From NCBI GenBank assembly GCA_900617105.1, contig UYFQ01000471.1, positions 61,787 to 81,786 of the forward strand: a stretch of 20,000 bases of DNA. The letters run 5' to 3'. Positions 1-10,923 of the stretch are shown here, one piece after another; the first letter of the stretch is position 1; each line of letters starts with the position of its first letter. This DNA is from Hydrurus foetidus. Taxonomy: Eukaryota. Under the pieces are notes generated by a model. The model did not search any database and was not told where the DNA came from. It was given only the letters and a program-made list of their open reading frames with translations. The translations under genes and the position numbers were made by a program.

Positions 1-113
1 AGGAGTGTTGGGGTAGGAGGGGAGAGGATACGCACAGATACAGCAGGAGCGACAGACAGCCCAAACATGATGCGGATAGATATGACATAATGCGAGCACT
101 CATGGTATCGTAC

Positions 114-1373
114 CGTAGTGCCCCCGACTGAGAGAATGTAAGGATTGGAGGCTGGAAACAGAGGGGAGTAGCCGCATGCACGGAAGCCGTGCTGACGGAC
201 AGTAGAGCTGACTGCTCCATCATCGCCAGATGCTGCTACTACAGTGACACCCATAGCGCTTAGCTTGATGGCTTGTGTGCTGAATGCGGCCATCTCTGAC
301 GCAGACATAGACAGTTCATCCGCTCCATAACTGATGCTGAACACCAATGGGGGCTTCACACAATCGGCAACAGTCTCGAGCCATTCAGCAAGGTCGAGGT
401 CAGTGTACCAGTGCGTTGTGGGAGATCCTGGAGAGGTAGCCATCATGTACTGAATGTCCAAGTTACCCTCCGCACAGCTGCTCGGTTTCTCACTGCAAAC
501 GAGGTCACTAGAGTGACCATTGATGTTCTTGGAGACCGGTTGAGCTGGCAGTGAAAAAGTGCTTTGAAAGTAAGCCAAATCAGCGGGACTAAAATATTGA
601 CCAATTGTGCTGAATATTGCTTGAGTCGAAGAAGAGCTGCCTTTATTCGTTCCGACATTATAGTATGCTGCTATCTTTTCTGGTGTCACATAATCAGCGA
701 ACGGATTTGACTTGGCTTTCTCTACAGTGAATTCTGCTGACAGAGGTGTCGACTGAGGAATCGGTAGAGAGCCAACAACTCTGGTAGGCATTTGAATAGT
801 ATTGAACACGCTCTCAACATGTTGGTCCATCTCGACAGGAATCCAATATCTCTCAGCCCTGGTCATCTTGTCTACCTTGATATCACTGTCCGACTGGTGG
901 AATGTGAAGAATTCGGTATTAAACATTCTCTCCCATGTATCTATCGGAGCAGTGGCTTTTACATATTCACCGTGCAGAGTTTCGGACACTATGATAGCAC
1001 CTTTAGCGAGCAAATAAGTAACAACTGCATCACGGGCGTCTGGATTCGAAGTCATAGCCGCTACTTCTTCACCCGTCATATGTTGTCCGTAGTTCGGACT
1101 CAGCGGATTTGAGATGTCATGAAGTATATCGGTCAATTGCACCATGTTCCTTTGACGAATCACAAATATGACTTCGTGTCGTTGGTCTCGATGGGATCGA
1201 TCTTGTCGAACAATGTCGCGACGCGCAGTCAATTGTGGGATAGTTTCTCGAAAGGAATGAGTAACAGACTTTTGCGCGTGCTCTGCTGACCACGATCGCG
1301 TGCCTGCATCTGCAAGGCAGCGGTTGACCAACTCAAATATCAAAATAGATAGAAGATAGAGAGTAGGTATCAT
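114..1373 (-). CDS. S53 family peptidase (TPP1/sedolisin-like), exon 1 (420 codons); gene continues beyond the left window edge
   Basis: Manual translation from ATG 1373: MIPTLYLLSILIFELVNRCLA (signal peptide), pro-domain motif LHDISNPLSPNYGQH, catalytic EGNLDIQY (447-470), SISYG, oxyanion ASGDDG, FPASNPYILSVGGTT. A GT donor follows at 113, at the same position as intron 1 of the paralog. It is absent from the ORF track because the frame has no stop before the window edge. Confidence 0.93.
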
Positions 1374-1659
1374 ATTTCCTCTCTGTGAGGTCTTCTTGTT
1401 GAAACTAAAAAAGATATCTTGGGTCAATCCGCTCGTCGAGATGGTCCTACCCATTTCCTCACGGTCCATCCACTCGACTATAGTGATGTCGTGGTCACTC
1501 TAATTGTTAGCTATTGGCCCATAGCGGGTTGGTTGTGACTTCGCAACTCTTGAACAACTCTTGACTGTGAACTGAATTGTGAAACCTCCTTTCCGATTTG
1601 ATTTGGACCCCCGAACGTTATTTTGGACTACGCACTTCATATTTTTTTAAAATAACGAC

Positions 1660-1720
1660 ACGCACGACGCACAACGCACAACGCACAACGCACAACGCAC
1701 AACGCACAACGCACAACGCA
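1660..1720. repeat. 7-bp tandem repeat (ACGCACA)n
   Basis: Seven perfect ACGCACA units at 1667-1715 with degenerate or partial flanking units, about 290 bp upstream of the first peptidase ATG. Confidence 0.95.
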
Positions 1721-3347
1721 ACCCTTCCTGGCTTTCAAGTTGACACCCTCCGATTATCCAATGTTTATACAATAATAACGTCAATTTTCAATCTTGTAGG
1801 TAACTTCTGCTGATTTGTGGCCATCGAGTGCCGAAGAATTCGTTATTTTCTTCCAAAAGAAATCTTTTTTGCAACCTCGTGAAGCCTATCGCTTATACCT
1901 GAAGGCTGAAATTCATGACAGATGCACCTAACACCTAAGCCTATGATTCAAAAATTTGGAAATTAACGTTATCGGAGTTATCGCTCATGACGTTAGGACC
2001 TGAGCTGTCCCTTATTGGCTGATTTTGCAGGCATCATATCCTGTACATTACTCCTATCGTTTCCTACCAAATTACAATTGGTTTTCATTGGAATCACTCG
2101 AATTAAATTATTTCTCCGACAGAACCTTTCAACCCGTTTTATGTGACATGATTACGCTATTCAGGGAAGCAGCTCTTTATTATTTGCTCTTGTTAAGAGT
2201 GGTCAACAATGCGGACAAGACTTTTGTCACGTAATGACAGATATTTCTTGAGACATCACGCGTTTTTCAACGCTTCAACTCCATCTTTGTAATTATTTTG
2301 AATTATGTTAGTATCTACGGGATTGCAGATTCCTAGCAACCTTCATTATGACTAGAAATAAATCGAAATAGACGGAAGTATGATGCATCGAAAATATGGA
2401 GTCTGTTAGTCAAGAAACAAAACATAGGCATTCGCATGAGCAGGAGTGTATATAGTTGTATGTGTATGCACACGCGACTCAAACTTCATGTCTCATCTCA
2501 TGCGCTGTGTCCACTCTATATGAGTGTTTACAGAAAGATGACATTTTATATATTTGAATTGTCTTATTTACGTTCAAAAACAAATAGAGTAATCATGTCT
2601 CCAATGCTTCAATAATTTACGTTAGTTCTATTAGGCATTATTGACACAACATATAAACTCGGCAGCATATGTCTAAGGCGCGTTGTAGGTGTCCTGTCCA
2701 GTCTACTCTACCGTCTACACAATGTACTGCACGCACAGCTAAACGCTGGCTGCTCCACCTGTAAGTCTTCTAAATAATAACATGTAAGTAGCTATAGATG
2801 AACCGACTGTCTGTCTGTCTATTTGATTATCTGACTGGCTGACTTAGCGTAGCGGCTAAGTGTGCTGGTTAATACGCTCCGATAAATTAGAAAAGATGTT
2901 CGAGAAATCCTACGGCTATGGCAACAATTCGCCCCTAACTAGGTAACACACATAAGTTCGTTGACGCTACATAAAATTTAGTGAGGAGCTATTCCTCGGT
3001 ATGGGGTTTGACAGCTTCCAGGGAGAGGCCGTTTACCCCCATTTAAACATATGCCTCATTCCGCAGAGTTTAGTCGACCAATCGGCATTTCATTGCTGAA
3101 ATGAAGCTGTGGTGTAGTGGTTTTATTCCGGTTAAAGGATGTCGTTTACCGTATTTCCATTTTCTTTCTTTCTTTCGCCCCTCCTTTATTCCCGTCATTC
3201 TTTGTTACTTTTGTTCACTGTATTAACATACTGCCCTGCACCCGTTTCTACCCATGCCCCTACTTCCATGTGTCAGCAGCGGTGACGCCTCATCGAGTCC
3301 TGCATTATTGCCTCACAAATTCGTCCTTACTCCGTCCCTCTATCAAA

Positions 3348-6300
3348 TTAGAGGGCACATTGGTTTTCCTCGGGCGGCAGAGGAAGAGGAGTAAGAAATC
3401 GGTTGTCAGAGATGGGTACGGTGGGTAGCGGTTTCGGTATGAAGTCCGTGAATCCGTACTGGTCCTCGCGCAAATCGGTGACTCTCGGCTTCTGTGGCTT
3501 GGGAGCAGGTGGTTTTGGCTCGTAGTAGAAGTTGTAGTAGATGAGCAGGAAAACGATCAGCATCAGCCCACCCACGCAACCACCAACAGCGGCAGCGATG
3601 ATTGTAGTCGAGCTCGATGGGCGCGAGATAGAGAACACTGCTGTTAAAGGTAGTTGCACGATGAAAGGGTTAGAAGTAATGTCACAGTGTGAAGAAAAGA
3701 AACAACAAGAAGACGAGGAGGAGGAATAAGAAGAAGTAGAAGAGGGGACAGAGGACAAGTGTAATCACCTCGTGGGACGATGGGTCCACTCGGAGCAGCC
3801 GAGGGCTCTTCGTCCGTGACATCAATGAAGTATGCTCTGGTTGTGTTTGTGATGGAGAGGCCCAAGTCGTTGGCTACAATGTCCAAGAACTCTCCCCGGT
3901 CCATAGACCGCTGCATCTTAGCTATCACTTCAACAGGCGTCATCCCACTCGTCACATTGACTGTGAATTCCACCGGGACTCCCACTACTTCGAGTGTTCC
4001 AGCTAGTCTCCGTACTGGTGTCGGATTGAGCTCAGAGACTCTCACATCAGTGCGGGAAAGCACCCCAATAGATGTGGAAATAAATTTGCCCGTGGTGGCC
4101 ATAAATCGATCGCTGGTGACGTCAGATGTGTTGATGCCTAAGTAAGACTGCGTTGGGGTGGGAGTGTTGACCATATGTAGTTAGAATCAGATAGCGGTGA
4201 AATGGGGGTGGGGTGGGGTTGCATGTGGTGTTCTTACCTGGTAGCCTCTGATAATAGCCCTTCTGCTCTTGACACTTGTTGGAACTGCGGCTGGCACTTC
4301 CTCGGAAGGAGAAGAGGTAGTGGAAGGGAAAAAAGGAGCGAGAGGAGTACCTCTGGATGGAGCCGGAGAAAACGTGGGCTTGGCACTGAATATCCTCGTA
4401 GGCGAGAGGGATAGTACGGATGAAGGAACCAAAGAATACTCCGGTGCAGTTGATGGCGATGAAGTAGCAAAAGGTGCCGCGAAAGGAAATAATGTAACAC
4501 TTGGCATGGTGGTCGGAAGTGATGATGCAGCCATTGGTGCAGTAGAGGGTGGCGTGGTTGGACGTGATGAGACAATCCTCGGTGCAGTGGCAGGAAATAG
4601 GGTAGCCGTTGGCGTTATTGGAGGTGATGTGTCAACTATCGGTTTAGTAGATGGAAACGAGGTAGTGATAGGTGTGGTTGAAGGACTTTCAGATGGGACA
4701 CTCGATGGAATCTGTGACGGACTGAAGGTCGGTACAGTAGTCGGTCTTCTAGTTGGAGGTACTGTTCGCGGTGCATTGGAAGGTCGGCGTGTCACAGGTG
4801 CCCTTGAGGGAGAAATAAATCCTGGATCTGCGCCTAGTGCGAGGAAAAGTCTTTCCATTTTATCGTAGTTCACCGATCCGATACCCGTTGCAGGGTCCCA
4901 ACCCCTACTGGCGGGGAAGCCTTGGGGACAGCAGGGGCCTTCTCGTTGACAACTGTTGCCACCCACAGTGACATCATTTGCGAAGACGGTTTGATTGGCG
5001 TACAAGGCAGGATTGATCCAACCCACAGATCCTCTACCAGCAGCGAAGCGAGCTGCATTGATGTTTGAAATAAAGCCAGCAGCAACTGCGCAGGATGACG
5101 CGGTGCCAGCTTTGTAAACCAGTCCGCCGTCAGGACTCTGACTCGATGGTACACCAATCCCGTAGTTTACCGCACCAAGAGATAAATCTGGATAACCTCT
5201 GCCTGACCTGTTGTAGCCCGGTTTGATAGAATCCCCTGCAGCTGTGACTGCGGTGAAGTATTGGTCAACAGCATCGTCTTGCCAGGCAGGTCTCGAGAAG
5301 TAGGAAGAGAACCCTCCCCCCGAGGTGATGTATCTGCCCTTGTCGTACTGACAGGTCACTTCTGCTGTACCTCTTTCAGGACCCTACAGAATTGAACGGA
5401 ACAAGGCAGATTAGTAAATAGCGAATAGAGCGGAGTAGAGCAGAGGAGGATAGTGCGGTACACAGCAATAGTCAGGCGAAGCTAAGTCACGTGATCCTAG
5501 GACGAGTAGAATTAAAGCAGGTTAACCTCGGTCCCATCGAGTGAGGCCAAGTTAGTGAAGTCAAGCCGTATGGGAGATCAAGTCAAGGAGGGGTAAGAGA
5601 TGCAAGAACTAAATAAGATTCAGCTAAACAGCACAGTATGGGGGTGATCTTTAAGTAGCAGCTGAACGACACCCACCGACGTGGCTCCAACTGCAGTGAC
5701 GAATGGATTGGTTGCAGGAAAGCGAGGCTGATAGCCGCATTTCTCAGGGTCTGCTTTGGTATCCTGGCTGTGCACTCCATCGTCCCCTGAGGCCACCAGA
5801 ATGGTCACGCCCATCACACCCAGCGCCTGCGCAACTAGGGTGAAAGCGGTTTGCTCTCCGTCCGATATCAGACTTTCGTCCTGTCCGAAGGTGATCGTCA
5901 ACACGCGGGGTGGGTCCGCTAGCTCGGCCATGCCAAGCAGCCACGCGGTCGTCCCGTCAGCGCTGTGCCAGAATGTGGTAGGAGACCCTGGGGAAATGCC
6001 CATCATGTACTGCATCGTGGACGCTGATTCGGTGTAGCTCTTGCTAACGTCATCAGACACGAAACCGCCAACAGTTAGTGCGGCTTGAAGAGGCTGTTTT
6101 GCTACAAACTGCTGAAAGTAACTCAGACCCTTGGGACTAAAATAGTTTTCACCAATTGAAAAAGCAGCTTGAGTTGAGCTGCTACCGCCTACTACATAGC
6201 TAAGGTTGTAATAGTCCTTTATCGCTTGGGGATCAAGGCCGATTTCAACTTCAGATGATTTGAAGCCATGATCCCGTCTGCCCTGATTCAATGATGCCAC

Positions 6301-6906
6301 TCGATCCTCTGCTTTTAAGACTGGAATTTCAATCGCGTTGAAGACGCACATGATGTGCCTGTCAAGCGCCTTGGGCACTGAGTATGACTCCGCTCTCACC
6401 ACTTGTGTAATGTCCCCATTGTGTTGCCTTTGATGGAACGTGAAGAATTGGGTATTCAGCACCTCCTCCCATATTGATACAGGCGCGAGAGCTGTGATGT
6501 AGTCACCACGAGGGCTTTCGGTTACAATAGAAGCACCCTTCTTGTGGAGGTAAGTAATAATGGAATCGCGCGCCTCGATATTCCTCGTCAGAGCGGCGAC
6601 CTGCTCGCTACTCCAGTGCTGGCCGTAGTTAGGGCTCGCCGGATCTGAGACATCATGTAACACTCGCACCAGTTGATCTAGGTTGTTCTGCCGCAAGACG
6701 AAAGTCACTTCATGCTTGTAATGATGATGTACCGGGCTTCTTCTGATAAGATCGGTGCGGGATGACAACAATGGAATGCTTTCCTTGTACTCGTATATCT
6801 TGTAATCGTCGATGATTTTTGTTTCCGCCCTGACAGCGAATTTTTCTTCATTGAAATTTCGGAGAAATTGCGATGTCAGGGCGAATATTGTTAGAAGTCG
6901 GTCCAT
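3348..6906 (-). CDS. Type-I membrane S53 peptidase homologue with Ser/Thr/Pro-rich stalk, TM helix and Pro-rich tail; probably catalytically inactive. Exons 5677-6906, 4238-5383, 3769-4147, 3348-3640 (about 1015 aa)
   Basis: Pro-domain LHDVSDPASPNYGQH; ASGDDG, FPATNPFVTAVGAT, SGGGFS, GRGYPDLS, GWINPALY and Ca-site GWDPATGIG motifs. GT-AG introns 5384-5676, 4148-4237 (CAG|GTAAGA donor, CTAAC branch point) and 3641-3768 join the four ORF pieces in frame. TM segment IIAAAVGGCVGGLMLIVFLLIYY. Confidence 0.88.
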
Positions 6907-7125
6907 CTCTTTCTTTTCACCGATCAAGATGCTTTGCGTAGAGAAGATCCCGCCGAGATAAGAGAAAAGGGGCGGTCACCATCGCAACGTCGTTTTCAAA
7001 CTGCGACACGAGCAGTCCCTTGCTGTGAGGCGGTAATAACAGCGAACCTGTACGAAAAATTTCGTACGAAAAGCGACCCAAAACCTGCGTTGGCCAATAT
7101 GCAAAAAAGTTCAAAAATATATAGG

Positions 7126-7603
7126 GAGCGTTCGGTAAACTTAGAAAACCTGTATTTCCGACGATTTTTGGCGCAAATCCTTCATTTCCGACGATTGAAG
7201 TTTATTTACTGAAATGAGCGTTCGGTAAATTTGTTGCAGTGTGAGAAATCACGGAAAGTTGTGGTTTGAAACGATTCATGTTGGAAACGATTCACTCTAC
7301 TGTTTGCAAAGCAAACAGTAGAGTGTTTGCGCAAACGGAAATATCCGGCTGGAACCCCAGGGTTCGGAGATTTACCCCCTTAAATTTTCAAATTTCCGCC
7401 TCAAATTGACGAATCTCGGATATTATATTGCGACCCTATTAAACGGATACTGTATTAAGGTTGGAAGTACTGAATTAGAATTTTCTCGTACTTAAAAATG
7501 GTATTCGTGAACTGTATATACGGTATATATTTTCAGATCCTGAATTGACGGTTTCTCATACTGTAACACCCGATCCTGAATTGATGGTTTCTCGTACTGT
7601 AAC
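7126..7603. repeat. Cluster of short direct and inverted repeats (putative subterminal transposon repeats)
   Basis: GAGCGTTCGGTAAA x2 (7126-7139, 7216-7229); ATTTCCGACGATT x2 (7154, 7184); 15-bp-stem hairpin CACTCTACTGTTTGC-AAA-GCAAACAGTAGAGTG (7293-7325); 32-bp direct repeat with 2 mismatches (7536-7567, 7572-7603). Confidence 0.8.
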
Positions 7604-7792
7604 GTCAGTGTAACGAACAGTACAGCTTCACAACCTTTTTTTCAAGTACGTAATTTGAAGTTCCGAGAACCGACCATGAAACTAAATTTTCAAATTTCAA
7701 AAATTATTATTGAACTGCCATCTCTATCATTGGTTGCATGCATTGCAACCAGGTACCATTCTATACCCAGTAACCAATCGTAAGCCAGCACG

Positions 7793-10705
7793 ATGCCCGA
7801 TAATGTCGTTCTACACGTCTACCATTCTGGCGACGAAGGAAATGATGCGAGCGATGATGAAAAGCCAATCGCCGTTCCGAAGAGATTTCGTGGTCCGGGT
7901 CGAATTTGGGAAGTTCGGGATCAGCACCCTAATCTTGCGGCGGCGAAAGAAAGCATGCAGAAGCACAATAATCCAGTTGTAAGAAGACTGACGGGTAGAG
8001 TGAATAGTGGTAAAACTCTCTCTTTTTACTACCACTGCGTGAAGAGATTCTGCGGGTGTACGAAGGAATGGAGACTCAATACTGAGGTGGGATCTCATAC
8101 AGTAACAGAGGAGGAAAGCACCGGTGATCATATAAATCACGAAAAGAGGAAAGGAACAGTGGCAGAGGCCTCTCATTCGACCAAGTGAAGATAGTCGATG
8201 ATGGATTTGCTGTGGGAATAAAGAAACCCATGCAATTCATCAAACTCTTTGAAAGAAAAGCTAAGCTGCAGCTAGAAGAAGGTTAGCAAAACAACTTATA
8301 TTTTACAGCGATATATTCATAATGTTGTAAATCATTGATATTATAGATCCCTCTGCAATCGTTGTCCCCACCCCACTGAGAGCTCAAGTAGCTAGTTACT
8401 TTGCCGCGAATAGGCGCCGTCAATTTGGTGCAGTGGGGAAAGTCACACTTCATTCTTTGGAGCAGTTCTGCGCTCAGTATACTGAGGTTCCACAGTGTAT
8501 TGATGAGGGTTACATTCTAGGATCATCTTTCTCTATTAGTCCATCCGACACTGGGACGTTTATAATAGTGTTTTCTACTATCAGACTATCTACATTAGCA
8601 ATTGGAGACATAGTTCATTCTGATTGCACATACAAGTGTACATGGAACGGTTATCCTGTCACAATGTTCGGATTTTCTGATAAAGATCAGACATTCCACC
8701 CAATCATCATCGCTGTATCATCGCGCGAAACTAATGTCGAGTTTAAGTTTATGTTCCAAACGTGGAAGGATGTGAATCCTTCCTTAGACTTTCGCTATTT
8801 GATGGCTGATGCCTCTGAAGCAGTCGCTATTGCTGCAAGGACCATATGGCCTGAGATCATTAGGCTTATGTGCTACGCACATGTGTACATGGTATGTACA
8901 AGCGTACGTGCTAACATTTATTTTTGCTGGCATGTTTGTGCTTTAGTTTACCAGAAATATACAACAATCACTGTTTTCAATTTAATTAATGAAAAAAAAA
9001 TTTACATTTAAATTTAAAAAAAAATAGAATATGGAAAAAAAAGCAAAAACAATCATAAGTGCACGTATCCGAGCATCGTTTTTGGGTGATCTTAATCAGT
9101 TGTCCAACGCTGGATCCGAGGAATGTTTCAACAACGTAGTTAAGCTCTTTAAAGCGAAGTGGAGCGCTATTCCTGTCGCGACTGTCGCTCTGAAGCATTT
9201 TGAAAAAGAGTGGCTGAATGATAGATTAACACGCTTCTATCGCGGTGCTGCTGAGGGATTCGCCATGAACAACAACGGATTGGAAGCGACCAACAAAACG
9301 TTGAAAGAGACAGCAACTCTTCATGAGCAGATGCCTCTACTAGAATTTATTCCAACCATGTCCGAATGGATCGGCACACAGTCTTACCGGCGTGACCCTG
9401 AGAACATAAACTATATCAAAATTGCTGAAGTACCATCAGAACTCGACACGAAACATATGACTGAAGGTTTCTTACTATGGAAATCGAAAGCGATGTACAT
9501 AGAAGTTGATGGTCACTATGTATCTATTACCGATTGTAAGAAGCCATTTACTGCTGAAATAGCTCGGTCAGCCTACAAAAAGTATCGTGAAAGTAGCTAT
9601 AGTACAATGGACAAGTACAGCTCATTCCAAAGATACGTTCACGTCATAACCCCTGACCGTCGATGCAACTGCCACGATTACGGTCGGAAATCTAAATGCA
9701 AGCATTCCACTTGTGTTAAGATAATGGTTGACCATATTCCAGTACCTCCTGAGGCGAGAACAGTCCAGCTGGGATGCCGTAGGAAACCAGGAAGGCCGCC
9801 AATGGCACCAGGTCGATACATTGTCCAGACATATGACACTAGCGACAGTGCTGTACCACTGGTTAGCAAAGACCCTGGACCTGAATCACAACAAATCAAA
9901 GACCCAAAAAGAAAAAACAGAAAACATCTTCATCTACGGCGGCAAAGACTTATGATGATGAAAGTGTGCAATGTCATGACTACGACGACTATTTGGGCAG
10001 CAGAAATGATATTGAGGATTCCAGTCAGCGTGGACAGAGCTCCAAGAGTGTCTACAGTGATGCTATCCACCGTAGCAGCACTGCTGATGACTCCAGTCAG
10101 CGTGGACAGAGCTCCAAGAGTGTCTACAGTGATGCTATCCACCGTAGCAGCACTGCTGATGACTCCAGTCAGCGTGGACAGAGCTCCAAGAGTGTCTACA
10201 GTGATGCTATCCACCGTAGCAGCACTGCTGATGACTCCAGTCAGCGTGGACAGAGCTCCAAGAGTGTCTACAGTGATGCTATCCACCGTAGCAGCACTGC
10301 TGATGACTCCAGTCAGCGTGGACAGAGCTCCAAGAGTGTCTACAGTGATGCTATCCACCGTAGCAGCACTGCTGATGACTCCAGTCAGCGTGGACAGAGC
10401 TCCAAGAGTGTCTACAGTGATGCTATCCACCGTAGCAGCACTGCTGATGACTCCAGTCAGCGTGGACAGAGCTCCAAGAGTGTCTACAGTGATGCTATCC
10501 ACCGTAGCAGCACTGCTGATGACTCCAGTCAGCGTGGACAGAGCTCCAAGAGTGTCTACAGTGATGCTATCCACCGTAGCAGCACTGCTGATGACTCCAG
10601 TCAGCGTGGACAGAGCTCCAAGAGTGTCTACAGTGATGCTATCCACCGTAGCAGCACTGCTGATGACTCCAGTCAGCGTGGACAGAGCTCCAAGAGTGTC
10701 TACAG
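7793..10705 (+). CDS. MULE/MuDR-type DDE transposase with N-terminal Zn finger, SWIM finger and repetitive C-terminus. Exons 7793-8281, 8347-8891, 9028 onward; one clear and one probable 1-bp frameshift; interrupted by the LTR element
   Basis: YHCVKRFCGC...HINH (WRKY/GCM1-like finger); catalytic D1 HSDCTYK, D2 LMADASEA, CxxH CYAH, E NNGLEATN; SWIM CNCHDYGRKSKCKH; RKPGRPP AT-hook-like motif. GT-AG introns 8282-8346 and 8892-9027 join the pieces in frame. Frameshifts lie near 8141-8152 and probably 9912-9917. Confidence 0.88.
10020..10705. repeat. 72-bp tandem array, left part (about 9.5 identical copies)
   Basis: Unit CCAGTCAGCGTGGACAGAGCTCCAAGAGTGTCTACAGTGATGCTATCCACCGTAGCAGCACTGCTGATGACT; ends at ...TCTACAG, where the LTR begins. 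Confidence 0.98.
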
Positions 10706-10923
10706 TGTAGCCATATGCCATTTAGTATGGCATTATGAGCTTCTAGGACTATCGGTCTACAGATCGGTCTACAGGGTCGTAGGCTTCCAGCCTAACCCTT
10801 ACAACGTGTACTCTGCTATCATCTAGCTAGTCCACGTAGAAGTTACCCTAGCTACGGCTTTCCCCTGTAACTAAGACTTCAGCTCCTCTCCTTTCCTTTC
10901 TCTCTTTTGCCATTCGGACTACA
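10706..10923 (+). repeat. 5' LTR (218 bp)
   Basis: TGTAG...CTACA 5-bp terminal inverted repeat; internal tandem ATCGGTCTACAG x2 (10751-10774); matches 16527-16746. Confidence 0.96.

Noticed and set aside
3348..3365. C-terminal CaaX prenylation motif (…NQCAL)
   Set aside because: The Cys is third from the end, not fourth.
443..6037. Small ORFs overlapping the peptidase genes or intergenic region (e.g. 792-1112, 3117-3428, 3780-4145, 4269-4868, 5756-6037)
   Set aside because: They are antisense or out-of-frame shadows of real exons, or short ORFs with no recognisable motifs.
10751..10840. Short words shared between LTR and array unit (GTCTACAG, TGCTATC) suggesting homology-directed insertion
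   Set aside because: Matches are only 7-8 nt and internal to the LTR. The junctions show a normal integrase TSD.
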